Below the pieces are notes generated by a model. It was not told where the DNA came from, ran no database searches, and worked only from the letters and a program-made list of their open reading frames with translations. A program made the translations under genes and the position numbers. Below, piece by piece: positions 36,601 through 45,810 of a stretch of DNA of 64,000 nt; the first letter of the stretch is position 1; the number at the start of each line of letters is the position of its first letter. Source of the stretch: Catajapyx aquilonaris (taxonomy: Eukaryota); the NCBI GenBank assembly GCA_000934665.2, contig JYFJ02001399.1, positions 1 to 64,000 on the forward strand, read 5' to 3'.

Positions 36601-39600
36601 GTCGAATATAGCAGTAGTTATAGAATGGAGCACATGGTTACGGGCACAACAAGTTACAAAAAATAACTGCTATTGGGCGATATCAGTTATCAAAAAGTCA
36701 CCCACGAATCTGGAACACCCTGTATATGTTAGGCTCGAACCCTGAAAACGTTCGTTGAGTTAAAAAACCCCGACCAGACCTAGTTCTGGTCATTTTCAAA
36801 CCAGCCAGACCTAATTCTGGTCGTTTTCAAAACAGCCAGACCTAGTTATGGTTGTTCCTGCCAATTAATATACCTATGGATATGGAGGTAATGGGGTGAT
36901 GGCTGCAGCCCTTTGTGTTGGTGTGTCTGTGGGACTTTGGAGTGACCGCACCAGGACTGTCCTTTGTACTGGCCCTGCCAGGCATAATCTGTCAGATGCC
37001 TAATGATTTTAGTTAGTTGTGAGCATAGCAAGCTGAGCGCTTATTGTGGGTTGTGTATCCGCACAACAATACTGTCTGTCTTGTGCTGCCGTAGCCCAAC
37101 AAATGTTATTGGGGTTTTGCCAGACACATTCCAATTCTTGGTGCTTGGCAAAGCCACAATAACGTTCGTTGACCTGCGGCAGCACAAGACAGACTGTATT
37201 GTTGGGTGGATACACAACCCACAATAAGTGCTCAGCTCTCTACACTTGCAACTAACTAAAATCATTGGGCAATGCAATGGACCATGCCTATCAGGGCCAC
37301 AGCAAAGGACTGCCCTGGTGTGGTCACCCCAAAGCCCCACAGACACACCAACACAAAGGGTTCCAGCCATCACCCAATCACCTCCATATCCATATCCATA
37401 GGTATATTAATAATCAGAAATGACCATAACTAGTTCTTGTGATTTTTTTCACTCAATTAGCATCCTCAGGGTTTAAGCCTAAGATTGTTGCCATAGCCTG
37501 TAGAGTTTCTTCTTTAAGTAAAACCATACTGAAAATTTGCCTGGAGATACTGTGTTCCAATACTAATCCACTGCAGAAAGCAGAATGATACAGATCAATA
37601 TGCGTTTAAGTTGCCAGCAATAGAAGGAAATATTATGCAGAGGTGTGCATGTTCCCCTTTCATCTGGGATTAGTGAATACCCTTCTCCCACTCCATTTGC
37701 AAATGAAATAATTATCTCCTTATATGGGCCAATTGCTACATAATCTGAGCTGCACTCTGCAGTGAACTGAATTGGAATATCTCTGTTCATTCAATAAGAG
37801 ACTAGCATGAAGTGCTTGTACTCTGCACTACGTGGCGAAATTTTTTATTAGTCGTTAAACTTATCATGCACTTGTCTTGCATTAGTGATATTAATGCTAA
37901 TTGGACAGGTTAAACTTTGAGAATAGTCAGAACAAAACTGCTGGCATGTTGTTGTTGAGGTGCAAAGCCAGGTGCATACTAGCTACTCTGGGTTCTTACT
38001 TTCCATTCCGGATATACTGTCATTTTGGAGAAGAGATCCCATGTTGGCCATGGGTACATGGGCCAGAAGGGCCCCAGGGTGAGAAGCCCCACCCCTCTAT
38101 TTCCATTTCATATTCATCACATTTTAATTATATTAAAACTAATGAGAAGTTTCCACTGCAGCTTATTTAGGGATCTGATTCAGAATCTGTACAATATCAT
38201 CTTGTTAATGACCATCAGAATTTGACAGTAGACAATAGAAATTCCAACAGAGATCCTTCACCCAACCATTTAGGCCATATCAGCAAAACAGGACTGGTGG
38301 GAATGACGGGGATGTGGGAGGAGGTTGGAACTGAATGAAAGCAAGGCAATGACTTGAAGTGAGAGGTTTTTTCAAGTGACCTGAACTCTGAACTCCTGAT
38401 AAAACATTTGAGACAGCTGTGCCACATCTGGACATTACACTTTCCTTGCTTATATGCATATTCACTGACCCCCATCCATCCCATTCATATGTCACTGATG
38501 TGACCCACCCTTAGGGTATTGGGCCCCAAATGATTGGGTGGTTGGTCCCTGTGTAAAGGACCTGTTCAAGGTTATCCTGGCAAAGAAAGGCCACCCACAT
38601 GGCTCAATGATTGGTGTCATTAGATTGGAGCAGATCACTGAAATTTGGCAACGCAGGGGAGTTGGATCAAAATGTTGATGTCCAGCCACTCTAATATATG
38701 TCATTCAATGGAAGAATGCTTCTAAAGGGTGACCTTCATCAGTTTGGAGAAAGAGTTCGCCCTTGCTTTGCCAACGAATGCCATCCTGAGTCCGCCCCTC
38801 GATCCTGTCTCTCTTTTAGGGGAGAATGAGAGAGAGGAGAGGGAGTGAGGGAGAGATACGCGATTGGGCAAACGCGTGATATCTCGATGGGGCTTGCATT
38901 TCGCATATTGGTTCCCTCAGGCGGCATTTATCTCACACGAATATTCTCACAACATTTTTACGGGGTAAAAACCACACGAGTTTTCGTGCCTCTAAATCAA
39001 CTAATAAAACAGTTCATCACGTGACAACATGTTTTGAATCCTACCAAGGCCGCTAGGTGGCAACCCCTACCACATCAAAGATACAGTCAGTGGCGAACAC
39101 AGCGGCCTTTAGCGTAAACCTAGGTGCATAGATTATACACTACAAGATGCGCAAGATGGTTGCCGTTTAGGTAGCGGGGCTACTCAGGGTAACCTTGAAC
39201 AGGTCCTTTCTGCTGGCTCTGCTCTTGCTCCAATATCACCATTTGGTTCATGGGTAGGTGAGACATTACCAGAATGTTACAATTTTTATTTCTTGGTTCC
39301 TTAATCATCCATGTCCACATGCAGTTGACTGGTTCACATTCATTTGACTGAATCATGCATTAATTTCATCAATTGACATACAAAGGAAGAAACAACGGGT
39401 TTTCTCAAAAATTTAGTTTCTAGTATTAACATACAGTACCATTATTCAACAAGTTGATAGATGACCTAGCAGTTACTTCAGTAAAAATCATGTGTATCAA
39501 CATCCCATGCACAAAGGATATCCAAAATGACAACATGAAAATGAGAAGTAGGACTGAAACTAATGGGTTCTCTGTATATTAGACTTGTAGGTGTTCTAAT

Positions 39601-42600
39601 ATTAATTTTGGTGCCTCACTTACAGGTGTACAGTCACATAACGTGGGTGAGGGTCTGTTTTAATATATATATATATGTGACTCTTCATGTCATTTTCTAC
39701 TCTTCCTTGTTCTTTGAATTGCTGTTAAGCTCACAGGAGTAATGTAGTAATCTCAACCATGGATGTGGGGCTTCATAAGACTCCTTCTTTTCCTTTTAGT
39801 TTCACAAAGAAATCCTGCACAAAAATGTTATGCCAATGATTGGGATCCCACATTTAGTTTCCAGGTGTTTACATGTCACAGTTTATATTTATTGATAGTG
39901 CATGTATGAAATCAGGGTGTACTGTAATTATATACTTGTCTGAATCTGATGATTGTGTCTGAGCCTGCCACTTGTTACACACTGTGGTATGATTGTATGA
40001 AGTAGGTCCACACAATTGTTTCAGTAACATGTACTCTACAGGGTCATTGGAAAAGAATTTCCCAATTTAAAAACCCTATAACTCAAAAACTTGTAGACAT
40101 ATCTAAATGATTTAAGTTTTGAAATGATAAGAAATGTCTGAGGTTTTTGTCACGCCATACTTTGTTTCATTATGAGCTCCATTTGTCGCTCGGAAAATGT
40201 AAATACGGAAATCGGTGTCGGGCCTAACCCACTTAGGCATGTCTGGCGTTACCATTGAAATCTTATCCTGTGTGTGCTGGATATGCTGAATTGTTTCTGT
40301 GTCTCCACAAAAACATCAATCAGGGTTTTCTGGAGGGGACTAGGCATAGGGAAACTGCTCATTCAAGACTTTGCACACTGGGAGGATGAACATACTAATG
40401 TAACATTCATATGCCAGGTTTGTTTCATGGATGAGGCAACTTTTTATGTGCATCATCAAGAGCAATGTGTGTGGTGTAAAGGCCCATCATATCCAGCACC
40501 TACGGGATAGGATCACAACGGTAACTCCAGATATGATTGAGCGGGTTTAGCACGACACCGAATACCACCTTTTTAAATATGCTGAGCGACAAATGAAGCT
40601 CATATCGAAATGAACTAAGATCAGACAAAAACTTTACACATTTTTTAGCAATTCAAAACTTAAATCAAGGTCTACAAGTTTTCAAGTTATAGGGTTTTTA
40701 AATGGGGATATTCTTTTTTGATGGCCCTGTATTTTGTCTCGCACAGCATTTTCCTTTTTTAGTACATGTGGTGTCCCTTTCTTAATATCAGGAAGAAATA
40801 ACCGGAGTAATTTATCTGCTGTTTCTTTCCTCAGTCTGAACTGTGAATTGTTGTTGTGTTATTGTTAAGTGTACTTTATTACTTTATGGATTAAACTGTG
40901 GTTATTAAAAATTTACATCCAAGAGCAAATGAAACAGCCTCATTTGAATTTATCTACCAAGCTTGTGTGAATATAAAAAATAATTATGTTAGAAACTTGA
41001 CCTGCAGTGGGGAGTGCCAAACTACTACTCCCAATTTGGTCCTCATTCAAGTCAGCTGCACTGTCCTAAATGGAGTATCCCTTATTTTGTCACACCTACC
41101 AACCTTACATGCAAAACTAGTTCTTTCAGGCATTTCGAGTTTCAGGGAAAAAACTGCATGTTTCTCATTTGCTTTTGAATGTGACATTGTTTATGATTTC
41201 CACAGTGCAATTCTATTTTTGGCATGGATAAGCAACAGCAGTCTTACCCAGAGGCGGCTCAACTAGGGCTGATGAACTGATCTACACATTTTAAATGTAT
41301 ACTGTATAAAGCAAGAAATCGCATTTTTCCTCGTGACCAAGTCCGGCCAAGTCATCTCACTTAGCTTATAGCCTCGAAGAAAGGCTTGGTGTCCACCACT
41401 ATCTCACAACTTTGTATGGCGGAGTGGACAAGGCTTGGCTCCCAGACACTATCTCACAGGTTTTTCGGCAGACGACTTGGCGCGTTTTTTACGAGTGCGT
41501 TTTTGAGGGGGATAAAGCTTACATCAAAACAAACTGGGTGAGGGCAAATCTTTAGACATTTCTTTTAATTGATTGGCTGCTAGCTGTGATGTCCCTGGTA
41601 ATTGCCAAGGACTTTGATGAAAAGGTTGAATTAGCTCTACTTTATTCAAGTCCTTATCATAGTTCATTGGACTCTTCCCAAGAACTTGGCAGGAGCATAT
41701 CCGCAGTCCAAGTTTATACCTTAGTACTTTTGACACTTTACATACTTGAATACAGGTCTGTTAACCCCTTCGCCCCCAGCCACCTAAAATCTAGGTGATG
41801 AGATCTCAACCATGGAGTACCAGCTAGACTGCCATCGCCTAGATTTTTTTTGCTTCCCTTCAACTTGCAAATAAGGACAATATATTTTACTAATCGTAAC
41901 AGCTATACGTATACATTCATGCTCTACACAATGCATGTGTTGGAAACAATTTTATTCGCATATAAGTCCGTAAATCAATTTCCAAAAAGATCGCTGTAAA
42001 ACACTGGAAATCCAAGTACTACCGGCCAACTGTTAGGCTCAATCATTTTATTATGAACACGTTAAAATAAACGGAATAACAATCTTGATAACCATGCCAG
42101 ACAACTTTGCTGAAATCGTTGCACTTTTTGAGAAATAAATTAATACTTATCTGCGACTTTCCTGTCACTTCAGAAAACTCCCAGCTTTATTTCTCGAAAA
42201 GTATGACGATTTCAGAAAATTTGTCTGGCACGATTCTCAAGGTTAATAGTCTGTATATTTTAACGTATTTCAAAATTAAATCGGCTTTACAGTTGTTCAG
42301 TAGTACTTGGATTTCGGGTTTTTAAGGCAATCTTTTTGGAAATTAATTTAGGGAGTTTTAGACGAGTAAAATTGTCTTCAACATATACGTTGTGTAGAGC
42401 ATGAACATGTAAGTATATCTGTAATTGATTGTAAAATAGCCCGTCCTTATCTTCAGTGTATGTGTAAGTTGATCGGAAGCAAAAAAATCTAGGCGATCTA
42501 TAGCTGGTACTCTGCGGTCAAGTTCTAATCACCTAGATTTTAGGTAGCTGGGGGCGAAGGGGTTAATATGATAGTGGATGTGAGCCTTTAATCACCTTTA

Positions 42601-45600
42601 TTTTTTGCTTATCATATATGCAATTATCTTGTGTACTGATCACTAATCAGCCCTGCCCAAATTATTACTATGAGCCCCCACTGGTTTCATATAATTTTGA
42701 AGCTAAAACAAAGGAGTGCACTAGTTGTTTCATTTTACTAGTGATGTTATAACTTGATTATACTTCTTTCACAGGAAACATACTCTTTAGAACAAGTTTG
42801 TGGAGGGAATTCCATCTTTCCAACGCAGGAAAAGACAGAGAATGTTCTTTTAAACCTTCTCTTGCCTCTTTGTCTGCGAGTTGGTTCAGGCAGAAAAGGT
42901 ATGCTGCAGATAAAGACTCTCCTCGTGAATGGTTCAAGCATCAGAATTGTCTGTGAAGATTAGGTTTTAAAAGTATGATATTCCCATTGGCTGGAGATGT
43001 AGGTTATTAATGCTGGCCGTCTCTTACAAATACTGTAGTGTTTAAGTCAGAAAATTCAAGGCTGTGGAAGCCGTCAATTTTTTTAAACCAATTTCTTGAT
43101 GCTTGAAACACTGGTAGAGGAACCCTCTCAGTTTAGAAGAGCTTTGTGAAACCTTAATGGTGTAGGAAAGTTATGGCATATTTTTCCACAGATATTCCTC
43201 AACTACGTCCTGCAGACATCAGTTTTGCTCTGACAGTCCTTCTCCATGCTTTGAATCCTCCAGCATCCAAGACAGCCCCTTTGACAGCTCAGCTGTTAAA
43301 GACTGTTGCAGAGATTAGGACAGGAAGCCTTGTGGCCCAAGCAGGAGCTGATAGAGCACATGTCCGCCTCAAAAATGCAGTGCAGAAGGTGGCCTTTCTA
43401 GGCCTTAAGATAATGTCTGTTTGCTTTGAGAAAGAACTAGCTCTGGATTGGCCGCGAGCTGCCAGAACCATTAGAGAAGTGGGCGGGAGAGGAGAAGGTG
43501 GTCTTTCTCTCTGGAATTTTCTTGATTTTATAGTCACTCATCGAACTCCATTGTTTATTTTGCTACGGCCATCCATTGCTAGCAAGGTGAGGGCTTTTCT
43601 TTAGTAACACACTAACACCAGATTTATCGAAGAGTACCTTTAAACCCTTGCTACAAAGAACTTAGTTGTGGAAGGTTAACTTCCTGCCCTCCCCCAACCC
43701 CCCCCCCCCCCTCTTCTGTTGGTCATATTTTGAGAGATTGTAGCCCTGCGTACTGACCTCACTAGCCTCTGATTGGAGATACTCTCACCTTGTGGAACAA
43801 ACCAGGAAGAAACCCCTCTTGCAGGGTGAGTTGGCAGAGAAACCCTCTTTGAAATTTTGACTCCCTGGCCATCCTCTGTCAGATACAACTCTGCCGAAGA
43901 TAAAAAGGAGCCAGAAAAAAGGGGCCTATAGATCGGTCAACATAAGAACGCAACCGAGTGTGGCACACAGGATGTAATCCTGGAATGAGAAGTGATCTGT
44001 GTGTAAGCACGATATGATCTGTTGTAAGTTACACTTATTTCTGACACTGGCATGGCCATACAGATCACTTCTGATCCAGTATTGCAACATGTGCGCCACG
44101 GCGATGCACACTCGGTTGCGTTCTTATGTTGACCGATCTATAATGGTAGCATTCCTGGTTAAATTATACATATACATGGTGTTTCAGTGTCAGTGGTCAA
44201 GCGCGCACGAGGGGGTGGAGAAATATCATACGACAACCCCAGTCGGTTTTATGAAACAATTAGAAATACGGGAGTAATCAATTATTTTATTACGGCGTGA
44301 CGTCACATCCTTTCTGTTCGAATTGACTGGCGTGGACTGGCAGGTGCCGTGGGTTGAACCTGGTTGAACAGCTTTTTAGCCTTGCAGGTTGCACTGAAAA
44401 AGGGGCTCTCACCGGCAAAGCAAGGTACTATACACACTACTGTACAGTAGTACACTACTTTGTACAGTACCCTCCTGGTATAGCATGAGAGGCGCTCTCA
44501 TGCTATACACACGTGTACATGGAATGTGTATTCTATTGCCATTCAAGGTTTACTCTAAACAGGGAACCTCTCGAAGTGTCACTCGAAGTTCAAGGTGAAA
44601 TATTTTTTTTCGGGTTCCTTATCAGCTAGAAGGACAACACCCTTCTGGAGAAATCCTCGATCTCAAGTGTTTTCGAGATACAGGGGTCAAAAGGTCAAGA
44701 ATGGACCACTTTATGAAGGCCCTGAGGAAGCTATCATTAGTGCTATTGGCGAGATTTTTGGGATCTAGAGGTTTCTTCGGATGGGGAATACAGTGGCATA
44801 ACCGAAAATCATGAATTATGCACATGAAGGGTACTTCTCAGGGAAGGGGGTGGGAGGTGGGGACAAAAATTACTATAAACAAAGTATATTCTACTCGTTA
44901 CGTCTTTAGACAGCACTGACTAGACACCCAAGTTGGTTAATTTCATTAACTATGTCATGTAAACATGAATTACGTAGAATTTCTGCAGCACTCCTCTTGA
45001 CGAAATTCACAAACTTGGGTGTCCAGTCAGTGCTGTCTAAAGACGTAAGGAGTAGAATATACTTTGTTTATAGTAATTTTTGTCCCTCCACCTCCCACCC
45101 CCTTCCCTGAGAAGTACCCTTCATGTGCATAATTCATGATTTTAGGTTATGCCACTGTATTCCCCATCCGAAGAAACCTCTAGATCCCAAAAATCTCGCC
45201 AATAGCACTAATGATAGCTTCCTCGGGGCCTTCATAAAGTGGTCCGTTCTTGACCTTTTGACCCCTGTATCTCGAAAACGCTTGAGATCGAGGATTTCTC
45301 CAGAAGGGTGTTGTCCTTCTAGCTGATAAGGAACCCGAAAAAAATAATTTCACCTTGAACTTCGAGTGACACTTCGAGAGGTTCCCTTATAAGATGTTTA
45401 GTCCAAGAAAAACAATCACTTGAGGAATATTTGAAAGTTTAATTGTTATCCCAGTAGGGCTTTAAGGGGTTGAAATGAAAGGATATGAAGCTGGGCTCTG
45501 TTGTGACATGTTGTTGTGACTGCGGTAACAGGTGAGGGAGGGAGTCGTGGCAGAGGCAGGGGGGGAGGGGGGAGGGCAAGAAGGGGTGTTGCCANCCCCC

Positions 45601-45810
45601 CCCCCATAGCATATTACACTCGTAACATTTTGTATGCATACTTACAGTTGGCTGCGCCGGTAAACACTGATCAAGAACGACATTTTCAATTTGTGATGAG
45701 GGAAAAGTTTCGAGGCTTTGGTGTGCCACCACCTAAGTGCAGAGGATCTCTTCTACTTGAACTTGCTCATGAATTGAAACAGCTTAAAGAAGAACTGGAA
45801 ACTCGTAAGG
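7488..45810 (+). CDS. unc80: unc-80 homolog (NALCN channel-complex scaffold), partial: 31 internal coding exons, 5916 nt
   Basis: Spliced exons join in frame with AG/GT (one GC) boundaries. They give UNC80-typical segments such as HCCNRGQWPTWMKLN, FKVPPPGIEFTLPSPKIG, SVQGIMFKDLKQILRKEQCD, LHEELMKLPSFPRKALE, IFSTNGYLLIMPTLL, HRKPFILQMFGS and SLLKVSPYD. Recognised from memory of the family, not by database search. Start and stop codons not found in the window. Confidence 0.93.
7674..8579. mobile_element. Tigger/pogo-type MITE containing a SINE
   Basis: TIR CAGTAAAACTTCTATAAGTCGAA at both ends, TA TSD, internal repeated AACTCGAA motifs. Confidence 0.88.
8180..8472 (+). mobile_element. tRNA-headed SINE (head A, tail type 1)
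   Basis: 15-bp TSD TTATAGAGTTATTTG (8165-8179 / 8473-8487); homologous to 16382 and 23756. Confidence 0.92.
8632..8741 (+). CDS. unc80: unc-80 exon with GC donor
   Basis: TTACAG|T CAG ATG...QMGLTLQRARKRMEDQLTKFGFGKGKRKDGSFDEAP, ends CCAG|GCAAGT. Confidence 0.85.
9100..9400 (-). pseudogene. Highly degenerate mariner-like transposase remnant
   Basis: Minus-strand peptides AIRYLWARS*KPEIHQEI and GRKFKT resemble the mariner N-terminal HTH and C-terminus; stops and frameshifts throughout. Confidence 0.35.
9458..10291. mobile_element. Fold-back DNA element, CAAGGGAA termini, about 245-bp arms, TAA flanks
   Basis: 9458-9700 is the reverse complement of about 10050-10291; TAA at 9455-9457 and 10292-10294. 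Confidence 0.88.
10425..11214 (-). mobile_element. Non-autonomous Helitron-like element
   Basis: Minus strand begins A|TCTATATCAATAAAG, has (CTGT)n tracts, and ends with hairpin CCGGGCAACGCCGGG plus CTAT|T (CTAG variant); no TSD. Confidence 0.78.
11283..11473 (+). CDS. unc80: unc-80 exon
   Basis: LSRRNSSD...LKERKLVPMEPVRIGMQRLAFMLETCQPGAAPDPPLLAAILDL; TAG| and |GTTAGT. Confidence 0.92.
11538..11753 (+). CDS. unc80: unc-80 exon
   Basis: PNAPVVSKAAFFVEVSYFVHCCNRGQWPTWMKLNLP...RLFYQWAE. Confidence 0.94.
12006..12322. mobile_element. Tigger/pogo-type MITE
   Basis: TIR CAGTAGAACCCCGATTA, TA TSD. Confidence 0.85.
12694..12820 (+). CDS. unc80: unc-80 exon
   Basis: ALGSRLEELL...RDEDEDFLDE; CAG| and |GTGATT. 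Confidence 0.92.
12990..13277 (+). CDS. unc80: unc-80 exon
   Basis: SVNPSGIACPPALKLVACMLLLEITAFLRETYQGLPK...RRWSMALSSMG. Confidence 0.92.
13358..13443 (+). CDS. unc80: unc-80 exon
   Basis: QGERKISFVLHEPDNESLGSSNTTVTAQ. Confidence 0.9.
13787..14132. repeat. Imperfect inverted repeat, about 135-bp arms
   Basis: 13787-13922 pairs with 13991-14132. The right arm abuts a truncated copy of the element at 55923. Confidence 0.8.
14133..14660 (+). mobile_element. Truncated copy of the hAT-like element at 55923-57770
   Basis: Collinear with 55933-56430 (TTTTTAGGCACGAAAAAACCC...AAACTGACAGGAAATTACGAAACTT...). Confidence 0.75.
14768..15118 (-). mobile_element. tRNA-headed SINE (head B, tail type 1)
   Basis: 10-bp TSD TGAAATATGT (14758-14767 / 15119-15128); homologous to 25280-25619. 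Confidence 0.88.
16382..16667 (+). mobile_element. tRNA-headed SINE (head A, tail type 1)
   Basis: 16-bp TSD TATAAAC[AG]CTCTGGGA (16367-16382 / 16668-16683). Confidence 0.9.
17120..17702 (-). mobile_element. Truncated copy of the piggyBac-type MITE at 5199
   Basis: Reverse complement matches 5199 to about 5730; ends CGGCATATCTGGG|TTAA. Confidence 0.85.
18101..18257 (+). CDS. unc80: unc-80 exon
   Basis: GEEAAVEEKKPRRVAQGRPFLLRKGTTGMGSFKRQSIKLRR...; TTTAG| and |GTAAGC. Confidence 0.9.
18309..18639 (+). mobile_element. tRNA-headed SINE with V-domain-like core, tail type 1 and (TTG)/(TTA)n
   Basis: A box TGGTGTAGGGG, B box AGTTCGATCC. Core GTTCTCTCCGTGTTTGTGTGGGTTTTCTCAGGGCTCTCCCTTTTTCTCCCACA resembles the V-SINE conserved domain as I recall it. 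Confidence 0.75.
18640..18995 (+). mobile_element. tRNA-headed SINE (head D, shared core, tail type 1) lying directly in the tail of the preceding SINE
   Basis: B box GGTTCGAACCC. Core GGGACTGCACA...TGCAC...GTGTCCCC shared with the 5838 copy; tail ATGGTGGTAATCCACCCCCC shared with the 14768 copy. Confidence 0.8.
19022..19574. mobile_element. TA-flanked MITE with CCG termini (pogo-like)
   Basis: TIR CCG[GT]ATTACCTCACTT; second copy at 32385-32887. Confidence 0.82.
19770..19975 (+). CDS. unc80: unc-80 exon
   Basis: MKRSDSVSSAKRKVSSISDRSDTSD...KNMPWLK. Confidence 0.92.
20043..20162 (+). CDS. unc80: unc-80 exon
   Basis: VVIQLTGSFNFCCTHQGCCHPQCYRRQMRACFRLTKAVRK. Confidence 0.93.
20231..20578 (+). 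CDS. unc80: unc-80 exon
   Basis: IYGEEMPF...SPIRRKES...PPILKYLKSQ. Confidence 0.9.
20782..20966 (-). mobile_element. Terminal fragment of the piggyBac-type MITE at 5199
   Basis: Near-identical to 17518-17702; ends CTGGG|TTAA. Confidence 0.85.
20971..21831. mobile_element. Kolobok-like non-autonomous element
   Basis: TIR GGGGGCACTAC[AC]GTCA; flanks TTAA / TTCA. Confidence 0.7.
22136..22729. mobile_element. Tigger/pogo-type deletion derivative
   Basis: TIR CAGTAAAATCTCGTT, TA TSD, internal acidic peptide DQDGEDSDEPDD. Confidence 0.8.
23050..24250 (-). pseudogene. Possible ancient LINE RT remnant interrupted by a SINE
   Basis: Broken minus-strand peptides (e.g. FSVWVEEIHPKSQNIFGVLI, LPILHY) loosely resemble the post-RT region of non-LTR elements; CpG-depleted; no intact motif. 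Confidence 0.3.
23756..24046 (-). mobile_element. tRNA-headed SINE (head A, tail type 1)
   Basis: 17-bp TSD TGTTTCCAATTACATTA (23739-23755 / 24047-24063). Confidence 0.92.
24268..24737. mobile_element. Fold-back element (AGGACATGG termini, Kolobok-like) with tandemly duplicated left arm
   Basis: TIR AGGACATGGCACAAAATGTATGG. Two direct units of about 137 bp (from 24301 and 24439) and one inverted unit (about 24590-24703). Confidence 0.8.
25178..26058. mobile_element. Second piggyBac-type MITE nested in the first
   Basis: TTAA TSD (25174-25177 / 26059-26062); TIR CCCTTTGA[TG]GCCT. The opposite arm of the host shows the empty site (CACCTTAAAAACT). Confidence 0.85.
25280..25619 (-). mobile_element. 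tRNA-headed SINE (head B, tail type 1)
   Basis: 15-bp TSD ATAT[CG]TTCTGATATT (25265-25279 / 25620-25634). Confidence 0.9.
26888..27550. mobile_element. Sola2-like MITE
   Basis: TIR GAGGGGGTGAAAATCAAAAACC and 4-bp TSD ACTT. GRG termini with a 4-bp TSD are Sola2 hallmarks. Internal AAAACCGCCAGCTCC repeats. Confidence 0.8.
27651..27898 (+). CDS. unc80: unc-80 exon
   Basis: VKELYHAPLSLLAKGA...WELLLE...HRINAIL. Confidence 0.94.
28104..28311 (+). CDS. unc80: unc-80 exon
   Basis: FQVLWKCRHQVWPHMEEGAHVSFKVPPPGIEFTLPSPKIGIESLPVVDPPWMP. Confidence 0.95.
28372..28561 (+). CDS. unc80: unc-80 exon
   Basis: RALVTATKTRKKQQAELVKMAL...QAAYEPSLYH. Confidence 0.93.
28662..29420 (+). mobile_element. Tigger/pogo transposon remnant (left TIR plus transposase fragment)
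   Basis: TA|CAGTGAAACCTG end. Peptide SNGWLESFRNRHRISWKTVCGD...YSKEDIFNCSKTALF matches the CENP-B-type HTH end and a decayed IFN.DETGLF motif. Confidence 0.78.
29487..29742. mobile_element. hAT (Charlie-like) MITE
   Basis: TIR CAGTGGTTCCCAACC; perfect 8-bp TSD GTCTAAAT. Confidence 0.92.
30379..30545 (+). CDS. unc80: unc-80 exon
   Basis: DEEQ...FLFPSCLCAAVAHIINLLDDAAVSLDGIAVYEVAYQ. Confidence 0.94.
30615..30863 (+). CDS. unc80: unc-80 exon
   Basis: VIWTCLVEDSALFLRYILEKLTR...LYNYIIGYVMFYVR...LSVLWM. Confidence 0.95.
31040..31172 (+). CDS. unc80: unc-80 exon
   Basis: VVHSVQGIMFKDLKQILRKEQCDASILLTANVPSAKKIIVHGPQ. Confidence 0.95.
31241..31381 (+). CDS. unc80: unc-80 exon
   Basis: PDSGGIPSQFPVQEDTQFIQILRESLDFF...FLVDHKT. 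Confidence 0.94.
31445..31638 (+). CDS. unc80: unc-80 exon
   Basis: QIHNPNAYVRDFYFFKRSQYPQLSLV...EIGKV...LKNVDM. Confidence 0.94.
31928..32025. repeat. 98-bp loopless palindrome
   Basis: TGGTACTATGGG...CCCATAGTACCA with two mismatches; AGC on both flanks. Confidence 0.92.
32385..32887. mobile_element. Second copy of the CCG-terminal MITE at 19022
   Basis: TA flanks; internal homology to 19022-19574. Confidence 0.8.
33733..33843 (+). CDS. unc80: unc-80 exon
   Basis: VVQRVVFLHEELMKLPSFPRKALEADLDLYKGGAMGK. Confidence 0.95.
34115..34176 (+). mobile_element. 62-bp tail-only retroposon insertion
   Basis: 14-bp TSD TACTTGTACATCAT (34101-34114 / 34177-34190); stem-loop plus (TAAA)n. Confidence 0.85.
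34230..34459 (+). CDS. unc80: unc-80 exon
   Basis: ELHGLEVLHKFMWVKLIARMFEAM...FKNIFSTN. Confidence 0.95.
34590..34785 (+). CDS. unc80: unc-80 exon
   Basis: YLLIMPTLL...QFYLMHRKPFILQMFGS...GDATK. Confidence 0.95.
34857..35221 (+). CDS. unc80: unc-80 exon
   Basis: VQSSCLFRLLMSLE...KALDFCY...VVAYAADSQRGHQML...NNCEALA. Confidence 0.95.
35298..35472 (+). CDS. unc80: unc-80 exon
   Basis: NYTGPQKASPDFKGSSQR...ERDVEDSE. Confidence 0.92.
35533..35685 (+). CDS. unc80: unc-80 exon
   Basis: VLRDEFRRPRDILLSLVADFL...ELLDTKSHV. Confidence 0.94.
35745..35948 (+). CDS. unc80: unc-80 exon
   Basis: RLADVAHSLLKVSPYDPVTMGCKGLQRY...ILRRLDKTFSKIYKKPSIR. Confidence 0.95.
36031..36147 (+). CDS. unc80: unc-80 exon
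   Basis: RHTDWEAAGGLLKGVYQTLSKYPYIVHLQHMKTLINTCQ. Confidence 0.93.
36202..36345 (+). CDS. unc80: unc-80 exon
   Basis: SLILGESAP...PPAHFCSMVVRLIAMQILALG. Confidence 0.92.
36470..36722. mobile_element. Fully palindromic Tc1/mariner-type MITE
   Basis: TA|CAGGGTGTTCCAGATTC termini; arms of about 125 bp meet near 36596. Confidence 0.9.
36732..37479. mobile_element. Fold-back element, PIF/Harbinger-like
   Basis: GGCT..AACCCTG termini with TTA/TAA flanks. Arms pair to about 37122/37148; mirrored ORFs at 37003(+) and 37041(-). Confidence 0.8.
38557..39147. mobile_element. MITE with AGGACCTGTTCAAGGTTA TIRs (Kolobok-like termini)
   Basis: About 23-bp TIR; TSD degenerate. Confidence 0.65.
40039..40729 (+). 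mobile_element. Tc1/mariner-superfamily deletion derivative with long TIRs
   Basis: TA|CAGGG termini, about 200-bp imperfect arms, internal FMDEATFYV resembling a first catalytic-D motif. Confidence 0.75.
41765..42562. mobile_element. piggyBac-type palindromic MITE related to 24970
   Basis: TTAA|CCCCTTCGCCCCCAGC TIR; shared internal AGTACTACCGGCCAACTGTTAG. Confidence 0.88.
42775..42898 (+). CDS. unc80: unc-80 exon
   Basis: ETYSLEQVCGG...LNLLLPLCLRVGSGRK. Confidence 0.94.
43192..43586 (+). CDS. unc80: unc-80 exon
   Basis: IPQLRPADISFALTVLLHALNPP...AFLGLKIMSVCF...LWNFLDFIVTHRTPLFILLRP. Confidence 0.95.
43927..44142. mobile_element. Small palindromic MITE (TAG-type termini, possibly Academ-like)
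   Basis: Perfect 36-bp TIR TATAGATCGGTCAACATAAGAACGCAACCGAGTGTG. Confidence 0.78.
44559..45389. mobile_element. Near-perfect fold-back element, about 385-bp arms, TAA flanks
   Basis: 44561-44944 pairs with 45002-45387; mirrored near-identical ORFs at 44622(-) and 45123(+); AGGGAAC termini. Confidence 0.9.
45648..45810 (+). CDS. unc80: unc-80 exon (last visible)
   Basis: LAAPVNTDQERHFQFVMREKFRG...KCRGSLLLELAHELKQLKEELETRK; |GTAAGT. Confidence 0.9.

Noticed and set aside
9315..41280. CTGATGA heptamers as possible hammerhead ribozyme cores (about 9315, 16988, 22502, 24841, 35493, 41269)
   Set aside because: I could not find a following stem II plus GAAA and flanking stems at any of them.
44478..44508. 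14-bp perfect hairpin resembling an intrinsic terminator
   Set aside because: Eukaryotic intron, no U-tract; probably a TE remnant.
44622..45326. Duplicated 67-aa genes on opposite strands (also 52892/53321, 53597/54031, 9358/10068)
   Set aside because: Mirror-image ORFs created by the arms of fold-back elements.
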